Shown here: piece by piece, positions 19,804-30,054 of the stretch
Layout of the letters: each line of letters begins with the position of its first letter
Position numbering within the stretch: position 1 is the stretch's first letter
NCBI RefSeq assembly: GCF_904830955.1
Contig: NZ_LR882970.1
Origin: Planktothrix tepida
GTDB lineage: Bacteria; Cyanobacteriota; Cyanobacteriia; Cyanobacteriales; Microcoleaceae
DNA: 64,000 nt
Reading direction: 5' to 3' (one strand)
The notes under the pieces: generated by a model
The model's database searches: none
The model's input: the letters and a program-made list of their open reading frames with translations, nothing else
Told to the model about the DNA's origin: nothing
Position numbers and translations under genes: made by a program

Positions 19804-21525
19804 TTAACTTTCATCTTCATCGGGTTGCAGTTCTTTTGCTTTTTCAAAGGCTGCAACGGCTTCTTCAGTTTGCCCTAACTCTTGCAAAGTTAGACCCAGA
19901 TTATACCAGACATCTGCATCATTAGGTTGCAATTCCAGAGCTTGATTAAAAGAAATTAAGCCTTCTTCTAATCTCCCTAAATTGAGCATAGAAAATCCTC
20001 GATTATACAAGGCATTAAAATAGTTGGGTTCTAATTCAATGGCTTGTTGATAACAGTCTAATGCTTCTTCTAATCTCCCTAAATCGGACAACACATTTCC
20101 GCGATTATTCCAAACATAGGCATCATTCGGTTCTAACTCCAGAGCCAGTTCATAGGATTGTAAGGCTTCTTCAATTCGGCCTAAAATCTCTAAGATACTT
20201 CCGCGATTATTCCAAGCATCAGCATATTCTGGATGCAGTCTAATCGCTTGTTCAAAGGAGTCTAACGCTTCTTCAAGTCGGCCTAAACTTTTGAGAGTAT
20301 TACCCCGATAAAACCAAACACAAATATGATCGGGTTGGAGTTGAATTGCTGTATTAAAGGATAGTAAAGCAGCTTCAAAATCCCCGGCTGCATCTTGTTT
20401 AATGCCTTGTTCAAACCATTCCTCTACCTCAGAGGAAGTTCTCTCAATAATTGGGGTTTCTTCTGGCAGAATTTCCGGTTGATAATTAACAAGATGTTCC
20501 TCAATAATTGGGGTTTCTTCTGGCAGAATTTCCGGTTGATAATTAACAAGATGTTCCTCAATAATTGGGGTTTCTTCTGGCAGAATTTCCGGTTGATAAT
20601 TAACAAGATGTTCCTCAATAATTGGGGTTTCTTCTGGCAGAATTTCCGGTTGATAATTAACAGGATGTTCCTCAATAATTGGGATTTCTTCTGGCAGAAT
20701 TTCCGGTTGATAATCAACAAGAGGTTCCTCAATAATTGGGGTTTCTTCTGGCAGAATTTCCGGTTGATAATTAACAGGATGTTCCTCAATAATTGGGGTT
20801 TCTTCTGGCAGAATTTCCGGTTGATAATTAACAGGATGTTCCTCAATAATTGGGATTTCTTCTGGCAGAATTTCCGGTTGATAATCAACAAGAGGTTCCT
20901 CAATAATTGGGGTTTCTTCTGGCAGAATTTCCGGTTGATAATCAACAAGAGGTTCCTCAATAATTGGGGTTTCTTCCTCCGTTGAGACCGTTACTCCATC
21001 TTCCAGAAATTCCGCTTCAATAATTGGATACACCCCAACATTCTCTGAAGGTTGTGCAGGAGAGGGAACCGTTACCCCATCACCCGCAAATTCCGCATCA
21101 ATAATTGGATAAGCTTCTCTGTTATCTAAGATTTCTGACTCTGTTGGTGGAGCTATCTGTTCCAAGATACTTCTCCCAATGCGTGCTGAAATATCTCCTA
21201 TTTCTCCAATTTCCAAACTCGCTAACAGTAACATTCGTCGTGCGAGTTCTTCATGTTGGCTAGGTGTTTGTAGGAGTCGGTTTCCAAAGCGTTGTAACCA
21301 AGCCACTAACTCCCCTTCTTGAACTTTATTCCCAATCAACCAGCCTTTAACTTGTCCCCGACTAGCACCTTGTTGCACTGTGTCCAAGAGTTGCAGAAAC
21401 AGTGCTTCATATTCCGTATCTGTCCGAGTAGGAATGGCTTCGGAAGTTGGGGATGGAGGAGAGGGCTGTTTCCCAAACAGGCGTTGAATCAGTCGTTTGA
21501 AAAATTGAATAATTCGGCGTAACAT
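19804..21525 (-). CDS. TPR-repeat protein with about 9.5 tandem copies of a 19-aa acidic/proline repeat
   Basis: The C-terminal half has at least six TPR units (AWNNRG, VWNNRG, ALYNRG...). The middle section has repeated ETPIIEE(P/H)(L/P)V(D/N)YQPEILPE units encoded by 57-bp tandem repeats. The N-terminal about 130 aa is a basic domain. Confidence 0.75.
   Translation of the reverse strand: MLRRIIQFFKRLIQRLFGKQPSPPSPTSEAIPTRTDTEYEALFLQLLDTVQQGASRGQVKGWLIGNKVQEGELVAWLQRFGNRLLQTPSQHEELARRMLLLASLEIGEIGDISARIGRSILEQIAPPTESEILDNREAYPIIDAEFAGDGVTVPSPAQPSENVGVYPIIEAEFLEDGVTVSTEEETPIIEEPLVDYQPEILPEETPIIEEPLVDYQPEILPEEIPIIEEHPVNYQPEILPEETPIIEEHPVNYQPEILPEETPIIEEPLVDYQPEILPEEIPIIEEHPVNYQPEILPEETPIIEEHLVNYQPEILPEETPIIEEHLVNYQPEILPEETPIIEEHLVNYQPEILPEETPIIERTSSEVEEWFEQGIKQDAAGDFEAALLSFNTAIQLQPDHICVWFYRGNTLKSLGRLEEALDSFEQAIRLHPEYADAWNNRGSILEILGRIEEALQSYELALELEPNDAYVWNNRGNVLSDLGRLEEALDCYQQAIELEPNYFNALYNRGFSMLNLGRLEEGLISFNQALELQPNDADVWYNLGLTLQELGQTEEAVAAFEKAKELQPDEDES
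20443..20986. repeat. 57-bp tandem repeat array (about 9.5 copies) inside the TPR gene
   Basis: Unit ctcaataattggggtttcttctggcagaatttccggttgataattaacaagatgttc, with 1-4 substitutions per copy. Confidence 0.9.
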
Positions 21526-21764
21526 AAATAGGCTTAGACAATAGAGTTGTTATGAAGATTCAAGGCAAAACCGCCAAGATATCGGACATAATACACCTTT
21601 TTGATTCAGCCGTTTAATTCAATCCTTCTATAATAATATTAAAAGCTTACAATCTCACCCTCTGGGGTGAATAGGCCACAATCTCAAAGTTAAGTAAATT
21701 CTCGGATGTTCAGGGTCGTTGTGTTGTTATAAACTCAACTATAATTTCTACCGGATTATCACCC

Positions 21765-22124
21765 ATGTTGAAATTTAGAGTATTAATTGGACTAACCTTG
21801 CTCCTGAGTTTATTTGCAACTGAAGCGAAAGCCCAGACTCAAAGTGTAAAATTCACTCTCGTTAACGGTACCAGTCGAACTTTAGAATCATTCTATGCTT
21901 CGCCTCCAAGTACCAGTGATTGGGAAGAAGATATTTTGGGAGTTGATGTTCTTCCCCCAGGAGAGTCAACGGAAATCACGATTGATGATGGCCGTGAAGA
22001 TTGCCACTATGATTTCAAAGGGGTATTAGGCCCTAGTGATGATGGCAGTGTCGGACGGGGTGAATTAATTCAATCAGGAGTTAATGTCTGCGACGGTGGG
22101 AGTTACACCTATTACGAAAATTAG
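21765..22124 (+). CDS. small secreted protein, unknown function
   Basis: Signal peptide MLKFRVLIGLTLLLSLFATEAKA. 119 aa with 2 Cys. No recognisable family. Confidence 0.4.
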   Translation: MLKFRVLIGLTLLLSLFATEAKAQTQSVKFTLVNGTSRTLESFYASPPSTSDWEEDILGVDVLPPGESTEITIDDGREDCHYDFKGVLGPSDDGSVGRGELIQSGVNVCDGGSYTYYEN

Positions 22125-22190
22125 GACGTTTGCAAAAGGCAAAAGCTAGAAAACAATATGGGTTGAGTTCCCAGCCTTTTACAGGGGTTG

Positions 22191-22481
22191 TTACAGCATT
22201 CGTAATAGTCCCTGTTGACCAAGGAGCATTTCCCGCAGCAGACTGAAAATCCCCACCCAGATAATCGGGGTGATATCTACACCTCCCAAAGGAGGAACGA
22301 TTTTACGGGTGACGACTAAAAAGGGTTCTGTCGGCCAAACAATCAAGTTGAAAGGAAAACGCTGTTGATTGACTTGGGGATACCACGTTAGGACGATTCT
22401 GAAAATAAACAAAAACGTCATTAAACCTAGAATTAAGCCTAAACCCCACATTAAAATGGTTGTATTCATAAGATGAGACAA
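22191..22481 (-). CDS. ycf19: YggT-family membrane protein Ycf19
   Basis: About 92 aa, two TM helices, and the motif IVLTWYP typical of YggT/Ycf19. The start is possibly at the internal MNTTIL. Confidence 0.8.
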   Translation of the reverse strand: MSHLMNTTILMWGLGLILGLMTFLFIFRIVLTWYPQVNQQRFPFNLIVWPTEPFLVVTRKIVPPLGGVDITPIIWVGIFSLLREMLLGQQGLLRML

Positions 22482-22683
22482 AATATTTTAAGTTTTGTTA
22501 CTGCTTCTGAGATTAATTTTAACGGTTTTGGGGTATTTTCTCAGAAACCGGGGAATGGCTGCCCCAGATTTTAACCGAAAACGGGATTAACTCAGAATTA
22601 TCGCCTTTCTAGGACGATGGAGTGTCAAGTATTGTTAAAATAGTAGACCAAGAAATTATTCTAAGACAAGGATCGCATTTGTT

Positions 22684-22803
22684 ATGACACCTTCATTGAT
22701 GAACTTTTTCTATAGTTTGCTGGCTGGAATTCTGATTGTGGTGATTCCCGCCACCGTCGGTCTGATTTTTATCAGCCAGAAGGATAAAATCATTCGTTCC
22801 TAG
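22684..22803 (+). CDS. psbX: photosystem II reaction centre protein X (PsbX), 39 aa, absent from the ORF track
   Basis: Translated by hand as MTPSLMNFFYSLLAGILIVVIPATVGLIFISQKDKIIRS. It has the PsbX hallmark MTPSL N-terminus, a single TM helix and an ISQKDK C-terminus. It is divergent to ycf19, as in many cyanobacteria. Confidence 0.85.
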   Translation: MTPSLMNFFYSLLAGILIVVIPATVGLIFISQKDKIIRS

Positions 22804-23004
22804 ACCGACTCTCTGGAGACAAGTCTTGGTACACTTGCCAAAATCCTTGTTAAACCGATAAACTTAGGGGCTAAGAAGTCAGAACTTAATCTGAATCCCT
22901 AGCCCCTCCTGTTTATTTTGCCAACAATACCCATCCAGAAGTGCCGATCAGTAGAGATTCTCAAGAGAACTCGCTAAGATAGGACTGGCATAGGAGAACG
23001 AATA

Positions 23005-23835
23005 ATGGTTAATTTAGGTTTAAATTTCAGCAGCTTAGTCGGGATTATCCTCGCGGTTGCTGGTGCTGGATTATATTTCCTGCGTTCCTGGCGTCCAAAA
23101 CTGGCACGGGATCATGATATTTTCTTTGCGGCCATCGGGTTACTTTGTGGCGGGATTCTGCTCTTTCAGGGATGGCGACTTGATCCCATTCTAGCGTTTG
23201 GTCAATTTTTATTAACGGGAAGTGCGATTTTCTTTGCGGTGGAAAGTATTCGCCTCAGAGGAATTGCCGTTGTCCAAGCTAAAGAACGAGCCCCCATTGT
23301 GGATGATGAACGCTATGTCAGTAACGTTTATCGGGTCGATGCAGAATTAGACGAACTCGAACCCACCGACGAATATATGCCCATGGCTCGTCAAATTCGC
23401 GGGAGTCGGGATACTCGTTTAAGTAGAGCCGATAGCTATGACGATGATGCTGTCCGTCGGCGTCCCTCTAGCCGCAAAAATAGCAGTGTTGACTATCCTC
23501 CGGTAGAAGATCGTCCTCGCAAGCGTCGTCCCCGTCCTGAATCTCGTCCTGACACTGCATCTGACTGGGGAGAACCCCCCAGAGAACGGGAAGAAAGATC
23601 GGCTAGAAAGCGTCCTAACCGTCCTCCCGCATCACCTTCAGTAGAGAAAGAGGATTGGGCCGTTTCTGAAACACCCCGTTCTCGTCGTCGTCCCTCCTCT
23701 TCTTCTTCTTCTTCTTCAGAATATCGTTATTCTGAAGATCGCAATCGCAACACGAATTCAACTGATTATGTTGAATATCGACCCGTAGACTATTCTGATG
23801 ATGAGGTTGATAGTCCTTCCAATTTTGAAAAATAA
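23005..23835 (+). CDS. ycf66: Ycf66-family membrane protein with long disordered Ser/Arg/Asp-rich C-terminal tail
   Basis: The N-terminal about 100 aa (MVNLGLNFSSLVGIILAVAGAGLYFLRSWRPKLARDHDIFFAAIGLLCGGILLFQGWRLDPIL) matches the Ycf66 N-domain. The tail includes a (TCT)7 microsatellite at about 23698-23718. Confidence 0.75.
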   Translation: MVNLGLNFSSLVGIILAVAGAGLYFLRSWRPKLARDHDIFFAAIGLLCGGILLFQGWRLDPILAFGQFLLTGSAIFFAVESIRLRGIAVVQAKERAPIVDDERYVSNVYRVDAELDELEPTDEYMPMARQIRGSRDTRLSRADSYDDDAVRRRPSSRKNSSVDYPPVEDRPRKRRPRPESRPDTASDWGEPPREREERSARKRPNRPPASPSVEKEDWAVSETPRSRRRPSSSSSSSSEYRYSEDRNRNTNSTDYVEYRPVDYSDDEVDSPSNFEK

Positions 23836-23964
23836 ATTCCATCTTGTAGGGAACACCGAACAGGGAACACCGAACAAGGAATAGGTTTCAATATCAGTTT
23901 ATTTATGCTTGAGGAATGAGACTTCTGTCTGATTCCTATTTTTTTATCTATTCCCTAGTTTTTC

Positions 23965-24429
23965 TTAAAATTCCCCATAATGAGTTGTATTTTCGAGACT
24001 CATTAATTTGACACTATCGGATAAATGAAACCCTAGTTTTTCATAAAAAGGAACCATTTCAGGTAAACACATTAATAGAAAAGCTTCCACATCTTTTAAA
24101 GCGGGATGAGTCAGAATTTCATCGATTAATTTTTTCCCTAATCCTTGATTTTGATAGGAACTCTCCACTAAAACATCCCAAATTAAGGCTCGATAGGTAT
24201 AATCTGTTAAAACTCTTGTAAATCCGATTAATTTTTGGGTATCAGAGTCTACTAGACCGATTATAATATCGGAGTGATTTAGCATTTTTTGGATGTCTTT
24301 TGAGGTGCGTTGATGACTCCACCATCCTTGTTTATAAAGTTGCTCTAAATCTTGTACTTGGCTTGGGGTTAACTCTTGAATTACGATAATAGGCAAGGGA
24401 ATTATCCTTCTAAATCGTTTATTGATCAC
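23965..24429 (-). CDS. GNAT-family N-acetyltransferase
   Basis: Motif A QNQGLGKKLI and overall 154-aa GNAT architecture. Confidence 0.75.
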   Translation of the reverse strand: MINKRFRRIIPLPIIVIQELTPSQVQDLEQLYKQGWWSHQRTSKDIQKMLNHSDIIIGLVDSDTQKLIGFTRVLTDYTYRALIWDVLVESSYQNQGLGKKLIDEILTHPALKDVEAFLLMCLPEMVPFYEKLGFHLSDSVKLMSLENTTHYGEF

Positions 24430-24471
24430 TATTTTACAGCAATTCGGTAAAAAACAAAAATTAAGAGTTGC

Positions 24472-25665
24472 TTACAGGGAGAGACTCTTAAGAATTTCTA
24501 AAGCTGCGCGATCGCACACTCCCTCCTCTCCTAACGCTTGCTTCATCTGTTGATACTGATTTAACATTTCTTGTCGTTTTTGTGGATTTGTTAATAATTC
24601 TATCGCCTCTTGAACGATATTTTCGGGAGTGGCTTTTTCTTGTAATAATTCAGGAACAATGGCTTGCATTTGCACTAAATTAGTCGGGGACATAAACGGA
24701 ATCGAAAATTTCAGGAGATGACGAGCGACCCAAGCCGTTAAAGCACTGACTCGATAAACGACAACTTGGGGAACCTTTAATAAGGCAATTTCTAAGTTAA
24801 CTGTTCCTGATTTTGCGATCGCTAAATCGGCGGCAGATAAGACTTCTAAGGTTTGATAGTAACTCGTTGTTGAAACTAAAACGGCATTCAATTGATAGGT
24901 TTTTATAGCTGTTTCAATCGCTATTTTATACTCAGGTAAAGATAAGGGAATCCAAAATTTTACCTGGGGTATTTTAGCTTGAATTTGTTGAGCCGCTTCA
25001 AATAATATGGGCATTAAATATTTAATTTCTTGCCATCGAGAAGCCGGAAGTAAAGCGATCGCAATTTCATCCGGTTGAATGCCTAATTTTCGGCGAGATT
25101 CTTCTCGACTTGGTGCTGTTTTCATCCGGTCTAATAGGGGATGACCAACCCATGTCACCTTCGCACCTTTTGATTGAAAATAACGTGCTTCTTCAGGAAA
25201 AATGGCAAGAATACGATTCGTTAGTTTAACAATTTGTGCTGTACTTTTTGAACCCAACGACCATACCCATTCTTGCGGCGCAATATAATAAAAAATAGGA
25301 ATTGTTGGCAAGTTATGTTTAATAAAATTTCCCATCCCAATATTTGGCCCCATATAATCAATTAAAATAACTAAATCAGGAGGATGCTCTTTTAAATAGT
25401 GTTTGACTTGTTTTTGCATTAAATAGGTCGGGATAATATAGGGGATAGATTCTAAAATTCCAACGGAACCAATTCCTGTGGTATTCCCTAATAATTTGGC
25501 TCCTGCTGATGCCATTTTTTCTCCCCCTAATGCGATAATTTGTATTAATATTCCTGCCTTTTTAGCTTGTCTGAATAAAGCTTCAATTAACAGTGATCCT
25601 TGTAAATCACCGGAAACTTCTCCGGTACTTATAAAAATACGAATAGGGGGAGTCTTGTGAACCAT
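24472..25665 (-). CDS. lpxB: lipid-A-disaccharide synthase
   Basis: RIFISTGEVSGDLQGSLLIEAL N-terminus. A GT19 fold of 397 aa. Confidence 0.9.
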   Translation of the reverse strand: MVHKTPPIRIFISTGEVSGDLQGSLLIEALFRQAKKAGILIQIIALGGEKMASAGAKLLGNTTGIGSVGILESIPYIIPTYLMQKQVKHYLKEHPPDLVILIDYMGPNIGMGNFIKHNLPTIPIFYYIAPQEWVWSLGSKSTAQIVKLTNRILAIFPEEARYFQSKGAKVTWVGHPLLDRMKTAPSREESRRKLGIQPDEIAIALLPASRWQEIKYLMPILFEAAQQIQAKIPQVKFWIPLSLPEYKIAIETAIKTYQLNAVLVSTTSYYQTLEVLSAADLAIAKSGTVNLEIALLKVPQVVVYRVSALTAWVARHLLKFSIPFMSPTNLVQMQAIVPELLQEKATPENIVQEAIELLTNPQKRQEMLNQYQQMKQALGEEGVCDRAALEILKSLSL

Positions 25666-25940
25666 TGGAAATCAATAATTAATTTTGAGAGAACGTACTA
25701 TAGCAATTCTATTCCTAACCTAATTTTTAATTATAGGGGTTTACTGACCTGATCCAGAGTTTAATTCAAAATTTGAGGAAGGATATCGGACAAAACACGA
25801 TAGAATCATGAATTGTAGGTGCAAGCTGTAGCTGTCCCTACAGAAGTCTTCTGAATGCTAAAAAGTAATGTAGCTCAGGAACGTTTATGATCCTTATTAG
25901 GTCTTAGTTCATAGACCTGATTCATATTGTAACTTAAATA

Positions 25941-28448
25941 ATGGCAGTCTTATTCATGAACTCTTTATTGACTTTAGCAAGACTTTCCTGGGGAATTCTG
26001 ATTTTTAGCGGTTTCAATTTTATCGGGAATACTTCTCCCACATTGGCGAGTCCTGTTCAACAGTTGGAACAGCAATCCTCAACGTTAAAATTAGCACAAT
26101 TTCCTCAACAATTATCTGAGAAACCTGTAGGAGGATTATATGTTCAATCTCCTACTCAAACTCAAGTTTTTCCCCTCAAAAAAACCCAGGTTAAAGCTAA
26201 AATTTCAGGAAATCTTTCTGAAGTAGAAGTTTCTCAAACCTTTGAAAATCCGTTTAAAGAACCTTTAGAAGCGATTTATGTGTTTCCCCTTCCTGATCAA
26301 GCCGCCATTGATCAAATGGTAATCAAAATTGGCGATCGCACGATTAAATCGAGAATTGAAACCAAAGAAGGTGCGAGAGAAATCTATCAACGTGCTAAAG
26401 ATCAAGGTCGCACCGCAGCTTTATTAGAACAGGAACGAGATAATATTTTTACTCAGTCTGTAGCCAATATTCAACCGGGTGAGCAAATATCCGTAACGAT
26501 TCGCTATATTGATCAATTAAAATTTGAAGGGGGAGATTATGAATTTGTTTTTCCGATGGTGGTTGGCCCCCGTTATATTCCGGGTCAATTAATTGATAAA
26601 AATCAACCCAATACGAATCAAGTCCCCGATGCAGATCGGATTACACCGCCTATTATTGATCCTAATACAAAATCAGACCATAAAATTCAAGTTAATCTTG
26701 AAATAGATGCAGGTATTCCTATTGAAAATATTCGTTCAACTTCCCATAAAATTATTACCCAACAACAAGGAAATCGAGTTTTTGTTCGTTTAGATGAATC
26801 GGATAAAATTCCGAATAAGGATCTAATTCTAAGATATCAAATTTCAGGAGAAAATACAAGAGCAACGGTCTTAACAGAAGCGGATCAACAAGGGGGACAT
26901 TTTGCCACTTATCTGTTACCTGCAATTCGTTATAATCCTAATCAAATTATTCCCAAAGACGTTATTTTTTTAATGGATACTTCCGGTTCTCAAGAAGGTG
27001 AACCCTTAACAAAATCCAAAGAATTAATGAAACGGTTTATTCAAGGATTAAATACTGAAGATACCTTTACCATTATTGATTTTGCAAATACGACTAATAC
27101 GTTATCCGAAACTCCCCTAGAAAATACCCCGGCTAACCGAGAAAAAGCACTCAATTATATTAATCAATTAGAAGCTAATGGCGGTACAGAATTATTAAAT
27201 GGTATTCAAGCGGTGATGCGTTTCCCTTCACATCCAACGGGTCGGTTACGCAGTATTGTTTTACTCACCGATGGTTATATTGGAAATGATTCCGAAGTCA
27301 TTGCAGAAGTGCAAAATAAACTTAAACCTGGAAATCGATTTTATTGTTTTGGGGTGGGAAGTTCAGTCAATCGATTTTTATTAAATCGTTTAGGAGAAAT
27401 GGGACGAGGAACAGTACAAATTGTTCGTCAAGATGAACCTACTCAAACCGTTGTTGAAACTTTTTTTAAACAGATTAATAATCCCATTTTAACCGATATT
27501 GAAATTAGTTGGCAAGGGGAAGGATTAAAACCGGAAATTTACCCCATCACCTTATCAGATTTATTTGATAATCAACCTTTAGTTTTATTTGGACGTAAAT
27601 TAGATCGACGCAATGGCTTATTAAAAATTACAGGAACCACAGCAAACGGCGATCGCTATGAACAAACCTTACCTGTTAATTTTCCAGTCGTTAATACGAA
27701 GGAATCTGGTAATATTGCCATTGCTAAATTGTGGGGACGGTCTAAAATCAAAGAACTGATGAATCAAATGTTTTCCGGTGAAACAAAATCTGGAGTTGAC
27801 GCAGTAACACGCACCGCTTTATCGTATCAATTATTATCAAATTATACGGCATTTGTTGCTGTGAGCGAAGAAGTTCGAGTTAATCCAAATGGAACCCGTC
27901 ATACCGTAGAAGTTCCTGTAGAATTACCCGAAGGTGTCAGTTATGAGGGAATTTTTGGCACACCTGCAACCCTTCAACTTCAATCTACAAATTCAATGCC
28001 TATAGGACGAGTTCGTTCAGCATCGGGTTACAATAATTATAGTAGTCAACGAAGCCCAGAACTTGCGCCTGCACCCTCTCCATTTCAAGGTGCAGATAGA
28101 CTCGATACAAGGCTTCAGGCAGCTAGAAATACGGGTTCTACTATTGCAGTGGTTCAACTAACCGGAATTAGCGATCGCGCCCTTTTAGATGACTTAAATC
28201 GTTATTTACAGGGGTTAAATTTATCGATTCCAATTAATGGAAAAGTCAGTTTTGAAATGATTGTTGATCAAGGCAATGTCCAACGAGCAATTTTTGATGA
28301 CCTTGACTCTAATTTAGATTTAGATGATAATCAAAAACAAGCGATAATCATTGATCAAATTCGACGATCGCTGTTAACTTGGCAACCTCCAACTTCAATC
28401 AGTGGAAAGATCAGAATAACCTTAGAATTAAAAGCAACAAAATCCTAA
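25941..28448 (+). CDS. secreted VIT (vault inter-alpha-trypsin) plus von Willebrand factor A domain protein
   Basis: Signal peptide. VIT domain at about aa 60-190. VWA domain with the MIDAS motif DTSGS (VIFLMDTSGSQEG). 835 aa. Confidence 0.8.
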   Translation: MAVLFMNSLLTLARLSWGILIFSGFNFIGNTSPTLASPVQQLEQQSSTLKLAQFPQQLSEKPVGGLYVQSPTQTQVFPLKKTQVKAKISGNLSEVEVSQTFENPFKEPLEAIYVFPLPDQAAIDQMVIKIGDRTIKSRIETKEGAREIYQRAKDQGRTAALLEQERDNIFTQSVANIQPGEQISVTIRYIDQLKFEGGDYEFVFPMVVGPRYIPGQLIDKNQPNTNQVPDADRITPPIIDPNTKSDHKIQVNLEIDAGIPIENIRSTSHKIITQQQGNRVFVRLDESDKIPNKDLILRYQISGENTRATVLTEADQQGGHFATYLLPAIRYNPNQIIPKDVIFLMDTSGSQEGEPLTKSKELMKRFIQGLNTEDTFTIIDFANTTNTLSETPLENTPANREKALNYINQLEANGGTELLNGIQAVMRFPSHPTGRLRSIVLLTDGYIGNDSEVIAEVQNKLKPGNRFYCFGVGSSVNRFLLNRLGEMGRGTVQIVRQDEPTQTVVETFFKQINNPILTDIEISWQGEGLKPEIYPITLSDLFDNQPLVLFGRKLDRRNGLLKITGTTANGDRYEQTLPVNFPVVNTKESGNIAIAKLWGRSKIKELMNQMFSGETKSGVDAVTRTALSYQLLSNYTAFVAVSEEVRVNPNGTRHTVEVPVELPEGVSYEGIFGTPATLQLQSTNSMPIGRVRSASGYNNYSSQRSPELAPAPSPFQGADRLDTRLQAARNTGSTIAVVQLTGISDRALLDDLNRYLQGLNLSIPINGKVSFEMIVDQGNVQRAIFDDLDSNLDLDDNQKQAIIIDQIRRSLLTWQPPTSISGKIRITLELKATKS

Positions 28449-28453
28449 ATTTC

Positions 28454-29449
28454 ATGAACAATCTGAGATCAATTTCAACCTTAAATCAAAGCTATCCCCT
28501 CAGTATTGCTCCCATGATGGATCGCACTGATCGCCATTATCGTTATTTTATGCGACAAATCACCCGGCGAACGTTACTTTATACGGAAATGGTGACAACC
28601 GCAGCGATTTTGCATGGAGATCATGAAAAATTATTGAGCTTTTCTCCTGAAGAAAAACCCTTAGTTTTACAGTTAGGAGGAGATCATCCTCATCATCTTG
28701 CGACCTGCGCTAAAATAGCAGAAGATTGGGGATATGATCAGGTTAATTTAAACGTAGGCTGTCCCAGTGATCGCGTTCAAAATGGCAATTTTGGGGCTTG
28801 TTTAATGGCGCAACCAGAATTAGTTGCACAAGCCATAAAAGCGATGCAAAAAGTTGTTCAAATTCCTGTCACCGTTAAGCATCGAATTGGCATTGATGAT
28901 CGGGATCGTTATGAAGATATGGCGGATTTTGTTAGAATTGTTTCTGAAGCCGGATGTCAACATTTTACCGTTCATGCTCGCAAAGCTTGGTTACAGGGTT
29001 TAAGTCCGAAAGAAAACCGCACCATTCCCCCATTACGCTATCAAGAAGTACATCAATTAAAACAAGAATTTCCCCATTTATTGATTGAAATTAATGGGGG
29101 GTTTAAAACCTTAACAGAAGTCAAAGAACAATTGCAATTTGTGGATGCAGTTATGATAGGACGTGCTGCTTATGATCACCCCTATTTATTTGCAATAGCT
29201 GATCAAGAAATCTATGGAGAAAAAACACCCCCCCTCACTCGCCGAGAAGTCATAGAAGCGATGTATCCTTATCTTGAATATTGGTTACAAAAAGGGGTAA
29301 AATTGAATAGTATTACTCGCCATTTATTAGAACTTTTTGCTGGACAACCGGGAACAAAAGCTTGGAAACGATATATTAGTGAAAATGCCCATCTTCCGGG
29401 TGCTGGGGTAGAGGTTCTTCAGCAAGCTTTAGAAAAAGTTTTAGGTTGA
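28454..29449 (+). CDS. dusA: tRNA-dihydrouridine synthase A
   Basis: LSIAPMMDRTDRHYR...LQLGG...CP...VKHRIG DusA signature. Start set at in-frame ATG 28454 (MNNLRS), downstream of the VIT-VWA stop. Confidence 0.9.
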   Translation: MNNLRSISTLNQSYPLSIAPMMDRTDRHYRYFMRQITRRTLLYTEMVTTAAILHGDHEKLLSFSPEEKPLVLQLGGDHPHHLATCAKIAEDWGYDQVNLNVGCPSDRVQNGNFGACLMAQPELVAQAIKAMQKVVQIPVTVKHRIGIDDRDRYEDMADFVRIVSEAGCQHFTVHARKAWLQGLSPKENRTIPPLRYQEVHQLKQEFPHLLIEINGGFKTLTEVKEQLQFVDAVMIGRAAYDHPYLFAIADQEIYGEKTPPLTRREVIEAMYPYLEYWLQKGVKLNSITRHLLELFAGQPGTKAWKRYISENAHLPGAGVEVLQQALEKVLG

Positions 29450-29559
29450 TATAGTCAGTCTAAATCAATTGTGACAATAATTACCGTGCATCGTAGGGGC
29501 GACGCTTAACCCGTCTGGTTTTATTGATAGCGATGCGCCAGCAGGCGCGGCTAGCGCCA

Positions 29560-30015
29560 TCGCTTATACCATAAAAGCCTTACAAGGATTAAAAATCAAA
29601 CAACTTGGGCAACAAAAATATATCAACCGCCTTCAAGAATTAGGGCGGAGTGTTCAACGGCACAGCAACTTTTGGTCTTGTCAATATGGGCTTTTATGGA
29701 TAGCTGGAATGGAAATTTGGGCAGACTTGGCTCAACAATTAATGAGAACTAAATGCAATAAGATCCCTTTTTTTCAAAGAGGTCAGAGAGCTATGATGTT
29801 GATTCAGTCTACCTTCTAGCTTCTTTGTCACCCCGTCAGCCGCCCAAACTCTTAAACACCATCTTCCCGATATTTGCCATTATTTTATTAATCGAACAAC
29901 CAGTGGAGTCATGGAGGGATTAAACAACCGGATCAAATTAATTCTTCGTCAAAGCTATGGCTTCAAAAATTTTGAGATGATGCGTGAAAAGCTACTAGCT
30001 TGTCTTTCTTTATAA
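29560..30015 (+). pseudogene. degenerate C-terminal remnant of an ISL3-family transposase
   Basis: The terminal frame encodes ...INRTTSGVMEGLNNRIKLILRQSYGFKNFEMMREKLLACLSL*, which is the ISL3 hallmark (...TNA.TEG.NNKIK..KR.AYGF.NF...). The upstream part is in another frame with stops. No intact ORF. Confidence 0.55.
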
Positions 30016-30054
30016 GATTTACTTATCACCATAGGTACAGGAGAACCTAAATCC

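Noticed and set aside
20395-20985. Two long ORFs (196 aa plus strand, 178 aa minus strand at 20424-20960) made of repeated LNNWGFFWQNFRLIIN or LLIINRKFCQKKPQLLRN units
   Set aside because: They are alternative and antisense frames of the 57-bp tandem repeat inside the TPR gene. Their periodicity is imposed by the repeat, not by selection.
28379-28453. 25-codon N-terminal extension of dusA overlapping the VIT-VWA gene
   Set aside because: An in-frame ATG at 28454 follows the VIT-VWA stop and precedes the conserved DusA core. The overlap is therefore unnecessary.
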